64,000 nucleotides of DNA from a virus. Within the stretch, counting starts at the first letter, position 1; each line of letters starts with the position of its first letter. The position numbers and the translations under genes were made by a program. Shown here in pieces: positions 36,604-45,534 of this stretch. The DNA is taken from the IMG/VR virus record IMGVR_UViG_3300045988_171772, positions 160,001 to 224,000 of that record; one strand, given 5' to 3'. The notes beneath the pieces were generated by a model. The model had not been told where the DNA came from. It did not search any database and was given only the letters and a program-made list of their open reading frames with translations.

Positions 36604-37188
36604 ATGTCCGCAACAATTGGCTCTATTATCGGTGCCGGTCTCAAGGGGATCATTACGACTATTGGTTCGCTGACCGTTCCCCAGGCATTTGCTGTTGGTG
36701 CTCTGATTGGTGGCATTGCATATACTTTCTGGGTAAAGTATAAGGCTGCTAAGAAGATGACTAAGAAGGCGAAGAAAGCTGAGACTGTGACCCAGAAGAT
36801 CAATATGGATAAACTCGATCGGGATATGGAAGAAATCCGTACTCGTGATGAGCGGGAAACCGATCGGATCTATAAAGATATTCTGGACGAGATCGATGAG
36901 GGTTCGAATATCCGCAATCGTGGTAAGAATCATCAGTATACCAAGAAGAATGCGAAGAGAGACTTTGCGGCCGTTGACCGTATGAAGAAACGGAAGAAGA
37001 ATGGCAGCAACTTTGCTCGGACCATCGACGAGGAAATCGAGAAATTCTATCGGGATTGTGAAGATATCTATCGGGCTGAGGAAGAGAAGAAGTTCGGACG
37101 GTTTGTCGGGGAAGACGATGACTTCCATCGGCAGGCTGTAGAGACCTATAAAAGGGATCAACAGAAATTCAATCCTTCCTTCGTCTGA
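36604..37188 (+). CDS. membrane protein with glycine-zipper N-terminus and highly charged K/R/E/D tail (194 aa)
   Basis: AAAGGAGG lies 8 nt upstream. The N-terminus is MSATIGSIIGAGLKGIITTIGSL...AVGALIGGIAYTFWV. G+C-elevated. Confidence 0.7.
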   Translation: MSATIGSIIGAGLKGIITTIGSLTVPQAFAVGALIGGIAYTFWVKYKAAKKMTKKAKKAETVTQKINMDKLDRDMEEIRTRDERETDRIYKDILDEIDEGSNIRNRGKNHQYTKKNAKRDFAAVDRMKKRKKNGSNFARTIDEEIEKFYRDCEDIYRAEEEKKFGRFVGEDDDFHRQAVETYKRDQQKFNPSFV

Positions 37189-37225
37189 TATGACGAATCT
37201 CGTATATAATTTCTAAAGCGTACGT

Positions 37226-37288
37226 AATGGGTTAATGTAAGGAGAACGATCCAAGGTCTCCTCAACATTAACCCATTATTTTTATTTG
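37226..37288 (+). terminator. intrinsic terminator
   Basis: Stem AATGGGTTAATGT (37226-37238) / ACATTAACCCATT (37265-37277), then ATTTTTATTT. Confidence 0.75.
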
Positions 37289-37314
37289 AATCAAAAAGTT
37301 AGATGAAAAAGTAT

Positions 37315-37326
37315 GTATATTATCTA
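37315..37326 (+). promoter_or_regulatory. promoter-like motif GTATATTATCTA
   Basis: Near-copy of RTATATTATT, 26 nt upstream of the ATG at 37352. Confidence 0.3.
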
Positions 37327-37351
37327 ACTAGAAAGGAGGTGAAAATACCTT

Positions 37352-37759
37352 ATGGATAGACTGATGTATGCGGATCACATTCTTGTCAGTATGGATGGTT
37401 ATGTCCGTGCTTATCAACATGATGAATTCGTATGTGGCGGGGAGATTATGAGAGTGGAGAATATCTTCCCCTATTACGAAAATTCTCAGGATCTCATTCT
37501 TCGAATCACCACAGGAAGAGAGTATTCTCGTCCTATGGTGATCAAGCTTATTGTGGAAGCTGATGAGGATGGGATGCTTCATGCGGATTATACGAAGGCA
37601 AGACCTTCTGTGATCACTGATGAGAATTCGATAATCCAAAACAGAAATGCATCGAGTTACATCTCTCTGGCATCTATTTGGAGAATGGATCTCGGGCAGT
37701 CCGTGAATGGCCAGCTGATGCAGATGTATCAGCGATTAAAGTCCGTTGATCACTATTAA
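37352..37759 (+). CDS. hypothetical protein (135 aa)
   Basis: AAAGGAGGTGA SD 9 nt upstream. Confidence 0.7.
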   Translation: MDRLMYADHILVSMDGYVRAYQHDEFVCGGEIMRVENIFPYYENSQDLILRITTGREYSRPMVIKLIVEADEDGMLHADYTKARPSVITDENSIIQNRNASSYISLASIWRMDLGQSVNGQLMQMYQRLKSVDHY

Positions 37760-37808
37760 TTTTCTGCAGGTGGTCAACGCAACCAAGAAAAACAAAGGAA
37801 GATTAGCT

Positions 37809-38762
37809 ATGAAATACTTAAACTATGAAACCAAAAGAGGACGCCAGAATAAAGAGGATTCTGAACTTCTCTCTGACCTCAAGATCCGGGCTCTGTCCGA
37901 TTATCAGATCTTTGAGTACATGACCAACATGATCAAAGAAAATCCTGAGATTACAGAGCCCGATTTCTCTCTTAAATTCGAGTCTCATCCTTATTCCATT
38001 CGCGGTATTCTTAGCGGATACACGGATGGTCATTGGTATCATGCCGGTAATAAATTATACGAGAAATTCTGTAAAGTCATCGGACAAGAACCGTATCTCT
38101 ATATGAAGAAGATACGGTATTCTAATAATCCAGAGATACTTCAATCCTATTCCAGTGTCTTCGATAATTTCGTGGATGACTGCTGCGAGAAGAAAGATCC
38201 TCATGATCCATACTGCGATATGAGTATGCTCGATCTGTATCGGGCATATCTTATCTACGCCGGCACTCATGGATCGGATACGGTCTATGGGTCTCTCGAC
38301 AGCTTTAAACATGCTTTTAGAGAGTCTTTCCCGAATATAACGACTGAAGGCAATGCCGGTTACATGATCATCATCCGGAATTTTGGTCTGAAGGGAGAAG
38401 CCAAGAAGAAGTTCGGATTGTGCTCTGAGGATGGATCGGTCATCCCGAATGGATTGGCTCCGTGGGTTCTGGTTCTCGACTTCATCGATAAATATTGCGA
38501 TATTGATCCATCTACTAACGTTCTTGCGGAGGATCTCTATGAAGCATATCGGAAGTATGCTATCGATAGAATCAAGAGTGGAACGATCTCTACGGCATAT
38601 ACCAGAACTGGATTCAACATGTATCTCACCAATGCGTTTAGCTTCCCCTTCCTGTTCTTGAAGAATAAAGGAATGCACTCTCAGAAGAAGATCATCTGCG
38701 GTATAGGGTTCAAAACTGGACCCTTCATTGGACCTGTTGTGGTTCCCTTTAACCGCATCTAA
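37809..38762 (+). CDS. hypothetical protein with two tandem ~70-aa modules resembling primase-C-terminal/D5-type DNA-binding domains (317 aa)
   Basis: AAAGGAAG lies 7 nt upstream of the ATG at 37809; the track start at 37746 lacks an SD. Internal duplication: PYCDMSMLDLYRAYLIYAG...SLDSFKHAF...FGLK and KYCDIDPSTNVLAEDLYEAYRKYA...TRTGFNMYL...IGFK. Confidence 0.6.
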   Translation: MKYLNYETKRGRQNKEDSELLSDLKIRALSDYQIFEYMTNMIKENPEITEPDFSLKFESHPYSIRGILSGYTDGHWYHAGNKLYEKFCKVIGQEPYLYMKKIRYSNNPEILQSYSSVFDNFVDDCCEKKDPHDPYCDMSMLDLYRAYLIYAGTHGSDTVYGSLDSFKHAFRESFPNITTEGNAGYMIIIRNFGLKGEAKKKFGLCSEDGSVIPNGLAPWVLVLDFIDKYCDIDPSTNVLAEDLYEAYRKYAIDRIKSGTISTAYTRTGFNMYLTNAFSFPFLFLKNKGMHSQKKIICGIGFKTGPFIGPVVVPFNRI

Positions 38763-38767
38763 GACAT

Positions 38768-38830
38768 AAAAAGAATGGGTACCATCCTTGGAGTGTATTG
38801 TAACTCCTTGTGATGGTACCCATTCTTTTT
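38768..38830. terminator. bidirectional intrinsic terminator
   Basis: 16-bp stem AAGAATGGGTACCATC (38771-38786) / GATGGTACCCATTCTT (38812-38827), with an A-run before and a T-run after. Confidence 0.8.
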
Positions 38831-39249
38831 TATTTATTTTGTGACCTACGAGATCTCTTGGCAGCTTTCAGTGAAATTGCTTCAGCTTCCAATCTTTCTT
38901 TTTCATTCTCTCTGTCTTCGATCTCTTGAATGGTTGGAAAACTTCCTCTCCTATAGACGATCTTTCCTTCACCCTTATTCACGATTTTGGAAGGATCATC
39001 AAAGTGAATCGTTTTGGTATCTCCTGTATCAAGAGAAACAGAGAATTCTGCACCTGTATCGTCAATCGAGCAAGACAACCCCTCGATGTGATGTTCCAAA
39101 TCAGGACTATCTACACACTGATCTTGAATAAAATTACAGAAATCAGTGAATTGTCCATAGTAATCTCCTAAGATGGTAGAATACTTATCCCCATCAACAC
39201 TCCGGAGATCATTGACAGATAGATCCTTAAAGATATCGATTTTATTCAA
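38830..39249 (-). CDS. hypothetical protein (139 aa, TTG start)
   Basis: GAGGTGA lies 10 nt upstream of the TTG at 39249. Confidence 0.6.
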   Translation of the reverse strand: MNKIDIFKDLSVNDLRSVDGDKYSTILGDYYGQFTDFCNFIQDQCVDSPDLEHHIEGLSCSIDDTGAEFSVSLDTGDTKTIHFDDPSKIVNKGEGKIVYRRGSFPTIQEIEDRENEKERLEAEAISLKAAKRSRRSQNK

Positions 39250-39489
39250 TGGTCTTTTATCACCTCGAGTCTGCTGTCAGACGGAAGATTGTATTTTATT
39301 ATCGCTTCATTGCCCTCATCTGTTTATTGAGAGCTCTGGATTCTTTCGAGTTATTTTGTCTCTGGATACGAGCTTCTCTTCTTCTCTTAAGAACTTCCAA
39401 TTCTCCAAAGGAGAGATTCTTGATATCCTCGACACTCAGTTGCCCGGCAAATAGGTCCAGGAGTTCCTCAACATACGAGAAGTACCCGT

Positions 39490-41055
39490 TTATTGGATCC
39501 TGAATTCCTCCCGGGCATATAGAAAAAGCAACTGATCCGCAGTGGGAGTGAACTCAATCTCATGCTTGCAGTTCGGGCAGGTAATCTGCCCAGAAGAGAA
39601 AGCAGGACTGTAGTAATAGTTGAGTGAGAACTGATTGATCATACGGAAATCTTCATTGGGGAGAGAAGGAAGGAATCTCAGGACATCTTCAATCTCATCC
39701 GGTCCAAAGTAGATATATCCTTTATCTTTGTCACTGTAGATGTAGAGGCTATTGAGCATCATAGCACATGCAATGACAGTGGTATTCAGATCAGCTTCAT
39801 CCGATCCTTCATCCACATCATACAAATGCAGATTATCAGCAGCCTGCATCACCTGTTTGGCTCTGGAGATAGAAGGAGTCTGTACAACAAAGCGGTTCTT
39901 AGAGATAGGAGACTCCATAATGGTAGCCTGCATCTTCTCATTAGAATGCTTGGTCAGCCATTCGACATCATTGAAATGAGCATGAATGGCATCAAACTCC
40001 TTACGAGAATTCTCATCAAAGTCCTTGATGCTCAGCATCTTATCTGGGTGCATATCCCATTTGAAGGGCTTACGGCAACGATTGCAAGACAGATCAATGG
40101 TGAGATATTCCGGAGAAGAAGCAGAGTAGATTGCATACTCAGCCATGGGAATCTCGAAGAAGGGGAATTTGTCACAGAAATCCTGATAGCTCAGTGTGAC
40201 AGCATTCTTGTCATCATACTTCGAGAAGGTATGGCATTGCATGAAATGGTCATATAAGAACGTAGAAAGTTTGTCGATACTCTCAAGAGGAGATTTGGTC
40301 TCCAGAGAGATACCGGAACGAATGATCTCAGCAGAGGTAGCACTTCTAAAGGTAACAGTGTCACCCAGAGCAGGCATGGCAACCGTACGAGCAGCCATAG
40401 AGTTCAGAGTCCGGATATAATCCAGCTTGGAGCCTGACTCAGGTACCGAAGCCAGCTTGGTATGCTTGAGATCTTCAGATGTAACCAGATGCAGTTCAAT
40501 GACATTGGTAGAGACCAGTTTCTGATGCTCTTCCTCTGTCAGCTGCAGCTGATCTTCTTTTCCTTTTTCGATGGTAATGACACCCGTATGAGGATGATCA
40601 TCCAGCCACTTATCATTGAGAGCCTTGGTTTCTCTCTTGGTACGAGACTGGACAGCTTTGGTAGCTTCCTCAGGAGTCATACCTTCTTCGGTAATGAGGC
40701 GATTCCGATATTCCTGCATTCTCTTCAGGATAGCATCTGCTTGACGGGTTCTCACAGAAGCTTCCATATCAGGCATCAAAGAAGCAATATCATCTTTGGT
40801 GATCATACGGATAGATTCATCCTTCTTAGCAACATCAGGATTTGCCTGACTCTGCTCAGCTTGCTGGATGATGGTCTGTGCTTCTTCGACATCCAAATCG
40901 TCATCAGTAATAACAGTCCCTGCTTCCTTCGAAGTTTCTTCTGAAGAAGCAGGTTCATTGGTAGGAGTATTGTCATTGGTTTTCGCTTGATTGAGCTCAT
41001 TCATATGCTTGGCATGAGCCTCTCTTGCGATTTCTTCCAAAGATTTATTCGCCAT
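39490..41055 (-). CDS. hypothetical protein with two CxxC pairs (521 aa)
   Basis: AAAGGAG lies 11 nt upstream. The N-terminal ~170 aa is charged and low-complexity. CNRCRKPF and CPNCKHEI suggest a zinc ribbon. The gene is immediately downstream of the gp25-like gene. Confidence 0.7.
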   Translation of the reverse strand: MANKSLEEIAREAHAKHMNELNQAKTNDNTPTNEPASSEETSKEAGTVITDDDLDVEEAQTIIQQAEQSQANPDVAKKDESIRMITKDDIASLMPDMEASVRTRQADAILKRMQEYRNRLITEEGMTPEEATKAVQSRTKRETKALNDKWLDDHPHTGVITIEKGKEDQLQLTEEEHQKLVSTNVIELHLVTSEDLKHTKLASVPESGSKLDYIRTLNSMAARTVAMPALGDTVTFRSATSAEIIRSGISLETKSPLESIDKLSTFLYDHFMQCHTFSKYDDKNAVTLSYQDFCDKFPFFEIPMAEYAIYSASSPEYLTIDLSCNRCRKPFKWDMHPDKMLSIKDFDENSRKEFDAIHAHFNDVEWLTKHSNEKMQATIMESPISKNRFVVQTPSISRAKQVMQAADNLHLYDVDEGSDEADLNTTVIACAMMLNSLYIYSDKDKGYIYFGPDEIEDVLRFLPSLPNEDFRMINQFSLNYYYSPAFSSGQITCPNCKHEIEFTPTADQLLFLYAREEFRIQ

Positions 41056-41076
41056 TTAGAGTTTCTCTCCTTTTCT

Positions 41077-41484
41077 TTACAGAATAGAATAGTCAATATA
41101 GTCAGCGACTTCCTTAGCGACAACCGTCACACATTCAATGGTATCGGCATCGGTACGGAAGTTAATATGGTAAATAGCGACATCGGGATATTCGGAGGGC
41201 AATTCTACATCCACACTATCAAATGGGATATCTTCGCAGTATTTCTGCACAGCATCGTTGATATTAGGCACCACCGTATGCTGGATATACTCTTCATTCT
41301 GAAAAGTCTGGGCAGTCAAGTGACAACCGATTCCTTCATCCGAGGGGAATGTACCGGGTTCATAAAACATGAGTTCGAGGATATATCGAGCCCATGCATC
41401 TTTCCCAGAATATTCCAATGGTCTTCCAAAGGAATCTAGATTGAAGCTCAAACCAGCCTTCTGATAGTTTTGATAGTTCGGCAT
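41077..41484 (-). CDS. baseplate wedge protein, T4 gp25 / GPW-like
   Basis: GAGGTGA SD. ILELMFYEPGTFPSDEGIGCHLTAQTFQN...NINDAVQKY runs colinear with T4 gp25 LLGIITTRKGSRPFDPEFGCDLSDQLFEN...NIESAVRNY (from memory). Its 135 aa is close to the 132 aa of gp25. Confidence 0.6.
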   Translation of the reverse strand: MPNYQNYQKAGLSFNLDSFGRPLEYSGKDAWARYILELMFYEPGTFPSDEGIGCHLTAQTFQNEEYIQHTVVPNINDAVQKYCEDIPFDSVDVELPSEYPDVAIYHINFRTDADTIECVTVVAKEVADYIDYSIL

Positions 41485-41655
41485 TCAATCACCTCTCATA
41501 CAAAGATGATATTAACCCTGTGTAATCATGCTTAAAAATAAGGCTATTTTATAGTCAAACGAATTAGTAAGGCTTTTCTTCGGTCATCACGCTCTTTATA
41601 CTTATCAAAACCAAAGTGATCAAAAAATCTTATTTGAGAGGTATTCATAAGAGAT

Positions 41656-41892
41656 ATGGATAGACTAGAAAGCGGAATCTGTGTATCAGTAGTCCATAAG
41701 ACAGGATCTTCGATTATGATGGAGATCTACGGAGTTGCAAAAGATTCCGACATTGACGCAATCAAAGAGAATGTCTATAAGATTGCGAAGGACCTGACAG
41801 GGAGCAAGACTCCTAATGTCGCCATCACCACAAGACAGCATGGCAAAGATAGTATTCCCTTGAGAGAATTGACCATGAATGATCTTCTGTGA
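41656..41892 (+). CDS. hypothetical protein (78 aa)
   Basis: Isolated plus-strand ORF with a GAGAGG SD, followed by terminator 41902-41955. Confidence 0.5.
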   Translation: MDRLESGICVSVVHKTGSSIMMEIYGVAKDSDIDAIKENVYKIAKDLTGSKTPNVAITTRQHGKDSIPLRELTMNDLL

Positions 41893-41901
41893 TGAACCCA
41901 T

Positions 41902-41955
41902 AAACGAGTATCCATCCTTCTTTGTATAAAAAAGAAATGGATACTCGTTTCTTTA
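41902..41955 (+). terminator. intrinsic terminator
   Basis: 14-bp stem AAACGAGTATCCAT (41902-41915) / ATGGATACTCGTTT (41937-41950), then CTTT. Confidence 0.65.
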
Positions 41956-41960
41956 AATAA

Positions 41961-42022
41961 AAAATATGCCCGGGTATCCATAGATGTAGGAAGGACGGAA
42001 TCAACCTACATGGATACCCGGG
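41961..42022 (-). terminator. intrinsic terminator
   Basis: Stem CCCGGGTATCCAT..ATGTAGG (41969-41990) / CCTACATGGATACCCGGG (42005-42022), followed on the minus strand by CATATTTTTTATTT. Confidence 0.7.
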
Positions 42023-42139
42023 ATTTGTACCTCTCACCAGCAAAGCCGACCGAGTTTTACTGGATAGGATGGTAGGATTATGGCAGACGCGTGTGAGTCA
42101 TAATCCTTACCTAATTATTCCCTGATTTAGAAAATTTAA

Positions 42140-43618
42140 TTAGGCATCGTCCTTTTCTTCTGAATCAGAGAGGTCGATGAAGTTGTAGAGGGAGGTGTTA
42201 TAGGGCTCTTTGTACATCCGGAAGAGAATGGTCGGCTCTCCTTTATCATCCTCTCGGATATTTCTGGTCTGGATATTTGCGTTGATGCAGATACCCAGCT
42301 TGGTTCGAATGTCATATCCAGTGAAATACCCGGTGCATCCCAATCTCGGGAATTGAACCCGGTAGTAGTCATGGAGGTCTCCTCTATAGATCCCCATATA
42401 CTCGGAAGTTCGAGGAGCATCTACCAAGGTGGCATTCAGATTCAAACCAGGGAATACCTGGAATCTATCCAGAGGAAAATACATCACAGAGCCATGATCC
42501 GGAACTCGATAGTATGCATATTGGGCTCTTTCCATGATATACTGGAAGATGGTGTCCTCTTCAGGAATATTCACGAAGATTCCAAAAGAGGGATTGAGAG
42601 TGAGATACCCACGACTCTCTCCTCTATCCACATACCCAACTTTGAGATTCGAGAAGTCTACCTTTTTCAAGATATCCTCGAACTCATCCTCATAGGTAGC
42701 CGGGAATTTGTAATAGAGGATGAAGTGATTCGCAGGATCATCCTCGGTGTAATAGACACGGATCCCTTCCTCAAAGTAAGGACGATACTTATCAAGAGCT
42801 TCCTTACTATCGATATTGACCTTGACGGTATAGTCATCTACCGATATCATCTCAACAAAGGGATGCACATCGAGATTGACGAATGGATACATAGGAACCA
42901 GTCTGTCATACCGAGGATCAAATTCATCCTCAAAAGCTCCGGTTGTTAGATTATTTCCTCCATGGGCACTGTAATGAGAAATGAGTTTTTCCATAATCTC
43001 CAGAAGAGTGACTTCTTTCGTAGTCAACTTCATATAGAGAATATTGAAGAAAGACCGAGTTGCTTTCTTGGGATGATCATCCCGAGGAACCCATTCGTAG
43101 GATTCTTCCAATGCTCTCATCCAACGATGCATCGTCCGATACACCATAGAGCAGTTGGAATCCACCATCCCTCGATTGTAGAGATAGGATTTAAAAAAAG
43201 TAAACTCGGACATGAAGGATCTCATGAGATAGACAGAGAAATAGGATCTCGAAGTCTCGAAGGAGAGATCAATGGCACTGTCTTCTTTTTTCTCAAACTT
43301 TGTCGGATCTAGATAGACCTTCTTGAGAATGTCATGGATATACTCCTGATCCAGACTCCTATCTTCCGAGAGACAGACAATAGGTCTTACCAAGCTCATC
43401 GTCTTGGTGGGCCTCTTTGGAATGTTGAAGGTAGTCACATGCTCAAAGAGGTAGAGACCATCATTCATGGTATAGAGATCGGTATCGTTACTGATCAATA
43501 CCATATCACCCATGACCCCAACATAAGAGTCAATTCTCCTATTCTCTTTGCCATCCTCCAATGTCTCTTTCTTGTAATAGCCGATGATGACAGAATTGTA
43601 ACCCTTATTCATACACAA
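42140..43618 (-). CDS. hypothetical protein (about 490 aa; TTG 43618 or ATG 43612)
   Basis: Long ORF with a weak purine-rich SD. Confidence 0.7.
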   Translation of the reverse strand: MCMNKGYNSVIIGYYKKETLEDGKENRRIDSYVGVMGDMVLISNDTDLYTMNDGLYLFEHVTTFNIPKRPTKTMSLVRPIVCLSEDRSLDQEYIHDILKKVYLDPTKFEKKEDSAIDLSFETSRSYFSVYLMRSFMSEFTFFKSYLYNRGMVDSNCSMVYRTMHRWMRALEESYEWVPRDDHPKKATRSFFNILYMKLTTKEVTLLEIMEKLISHYSAHGGNNLTTGAFEDEFDPRYDRLVPMYPFVNLDVHPFVEMISVDDYTVKVNIDSKEALDKYRPYFEEGIRVYYTEDDPANHFILYYKFPATYEDEFEDILKKVDFSNLKVGYVDRGESRGYLTLNPSFGIFVNIPEEDTIFQYIMERAQYAYYRVPDHGSVMYFPLDRFQVFPGLNLNATLVDAPRTSEYMGIYRGDLHDYYRVQFPRLGCTGYFTGYDIRTKLGICINANIQTRNIREDDKGEPTILFRMYKEPYNTSLYNFIDLSDSEEKDDA

Positions 43619-43651
43619 TCACATACCTTTCTTTTTATTTTTGTGGATTTA

Positions 43652-43696
43652 ATTCTCTTGATAGAGATCGGGTTCATGTATCTCTATCAAGAGAAT
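43652..43696. promoter_or_regulatory. 16-bp perfect inverted repeat (13-nt spacer) overlapping a promoter-like motif: operator-like
   Basis: ATTCTCTTGATAGAGA (43652-43667) / TCTCTATCAAGAGAAT (43681-43696). The last 5 nt overlap motif 43692-43703. Confidence 0.4.
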
Positions 43697-43703
43697 AATA
43701 TAT
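43692..43703 (-). promoter_or_regulatory. promoter-like motif ATATATTATTCT
   Basis: Copy of RTATATTATT, about 75 nt upstream of the 42140..43618 gene start. Confidence 0.35.
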
Positions 43704-43792
43704 GGAAATCTTATGAGTCTTTTTCGATACCCGTAAGATTTCCATATATTTGATTTTATTTTCCACACTTTATGAGTGAAGATAGTATAGTA

Positions 43793-44377
43793 TTATGATG
43801 AGATCAGAAGACGAAGATTCCTTCTCATGATCTTCAGATTGGCAATGTTCGTCTGGCACAGAGTAAGAGGATCTTCTTTCTTGATCTTCTTATAGGCTTT
43901 ATAGATGTCCATATCCTTTGCATCCATCATCTGATTCTTGGAGATAAAGAATGCATTGTATACAGATCCACCGGCAGCAATGAAGGGAATCTCCAATTGC
44001 AAGAGAGAAGAGACAGCGACAATGATCAAGGTGCCAATCAACTGCATGATCTGCATCCCCTTGACATTCTTCTTGTAACCTGCCAAATCTCCTCTATGCT
44101 TAAACTCCTCTTCCAAGATTTCCAGATTGGAGATGATAGTATCACATTTCTTGATCAGATCCTTACAGAGAGGAACAACTCTCTCCGGTTGGGTATCATA
44201 GATCTCAGGAAGTTTCTGTACCATCTTCTGAAGATATTGAATGTCGCCATTCTCATAAATCATCAGAGCCAATCTGGTAATCTTATCCAATTGAGCATAA
44301 TCTGCCTTGGTGATCTTGACATCTGTAAAGGTAGCCTCAAAGACAACTCTGTCAAAGAGTTCTGCATTACAAGACAT
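43793..44377 (-). CDS. hypothetical membrane protein (194 aa)
   Basis: GGTGGTGA SD. Contains the hydrophobic segment MQLIGTLIIVAVSSLLQLEIPFIAAGG. Confidence 0.65.
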   Translation of the reverse strand: MSCNAELFDRVVFEATFTDVKITKADYAQLDKITRLALMIYENGDIQYLQKMVQKLPEIYDTQPERVVPLCKDLIKKCDTIISNLEILEEEFKHRGDLAGYKKNVKGMQIMQLIGTLIIVAVSSLLQLEIPFIAAGGSVYNAFFISKNQMMDAKDMDIYKAYKKIKKEDPLTLCQTNIANLKIMRRNLRLLISS

Positions 44378-44486
44378 TTGGATGAATCACCACCATATCT
44401 ATACTTAGCATTTTAATGATTTTGTTTTTCTGGTATTCTGATACAGAGTTTATAAGTCTTTTCGATAAGGAGATACCAGAATCCTT

Positions 44487-44912
44487 ATGAGGTTACTCAA
44501 AGATCTTCATCTATATTCTACGATTGGATTCAATGAAATCAAATTTTATGATTCATTTGATTATGTCAGATCATTGATTGTGGATCCTTATTGTATCATG
44601 AGATCACAGGAAGATTCTTCTTTCTATAAGAGAGTCTTCAATGATGGAAATCTCATCCTCTCCTTCCATAGAGAAATGCATCATCTTACCAGGATTCAAT
44701 ACAATCTCAATCATAACTCTATGACTAGATTGTATCTGGATGCCGATGCAGTTTCTCCCTATATCTACAATGTCTTGGAATGGGTCATCCTTCATGATCA
44801 AGATACTGTCAAGTTAGGAGAGGAATCTTATCATTCGGATAAACTCCATATGGATCTCTTTCATGTATCCAATCACATCAGACATTTATCTCTCATTGAA
44901 TTATTTCCCTGA
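44487..44912 (+). CDS. hypothetical protein (141 aa)
   Basis: AAGGAG lies 12 nt upstream. Confidence 0.6.
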   Translation: MRLLKDLHLYSTIGFNEIKFYDSFDYVRSLIVDPYCIMRSQEDSSFYKRVFNDGNLILSFHREMHHLTRIQYNLNHNSMTRLYLDADAVSPYIYNVLEWVILHDQDTVKLGEESYHSDKLHMDLFHVSNHIRHLSLIELFP

Positions 44913-45038
44913 GAGAGTATACTACAGGCCCATATCGGGTAACCTCAAAACTCCAACTTAAGTAGATATAAATGTGACCCGTCTATGTTTTAGTAAGACG
45001 ATAGGGGATCGTCATACGAAAAGGATCGTTTAGCAATT

Positions 45039-45416
45039 ATGGCTACTTATCTTCGTAAGCTGAAAGACGCCAGTGGTTCCTTCGTCGTTCCTGCAACCGT
45101 CGCTGATGGTGTGTATATTGGAGATTCCAAGATTACCGATACCTTCACCGTCGCTTTCACCTATTCTGGGTGGACAGCTCAGAGCAATGGTTCTAAGAAA
45201 AAGACCTTCACATGTGCCAACATGAAGTCTACTTATAAAATCTGGGACTGGAAAGCGGTTGCTACTGGAACTCCCAAAACGGATGACATCATTCGTGAGA
45301 ACCTGGGGTATATCTCCACTATCACTCCGGGTAATGGGCAGGTTACCATTGTCTGCAATTCGGATACTCCCACCATCGACTTCACACTGCGTATCAGGAT
45401 CTACGGCAAAGATTGA
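45039..45416 (+). CDS. small beta-rich protein with a fibre-like N-terminal motif (125 aa)
   Basis: AAAGGA SD. The N-terminal KDASGSFVVPATVADGVYIGD resembles the short N-terminal motif common in Firmicutes phage fibre/baseplate proteins (from memory, weak). G+C-elevated and followed by a strong terminator. Confidence 0.55.
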   Translation: MATYLRKLKDASGSFVVPATVADGVYIGDSKITDTFTVAFTYSGWTAQSNGSKKKTFTCANMKSTYKIWDWKAVATGTPKTDDIIRENLGYISTITPGNGQVTIVCNSDTPTIDFTLRIRIYGKD

Positions 45417-45471
45417 TTCACATCTCTGCGCAATTATCTTCACATAAAATCTACACAATCAAATATTTGAT

Positions 45472-45525
45472 AAAAAGGAAGGCATACATCCCATTGTGGG
45501 TTGATGTATGCCTTCCTTTTTTATT
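45472..45525. terminator. bidirectional intrinsic terminator
   Basis: 16-bp stem AAGGAAGGCATACATC (45475-45490) / GATGTATGCCTTCCTT (45503-45518), flanked by A- and T-runs. Confidence 0.8.
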
Positions 45526-45534
45526 GCTTAATCC

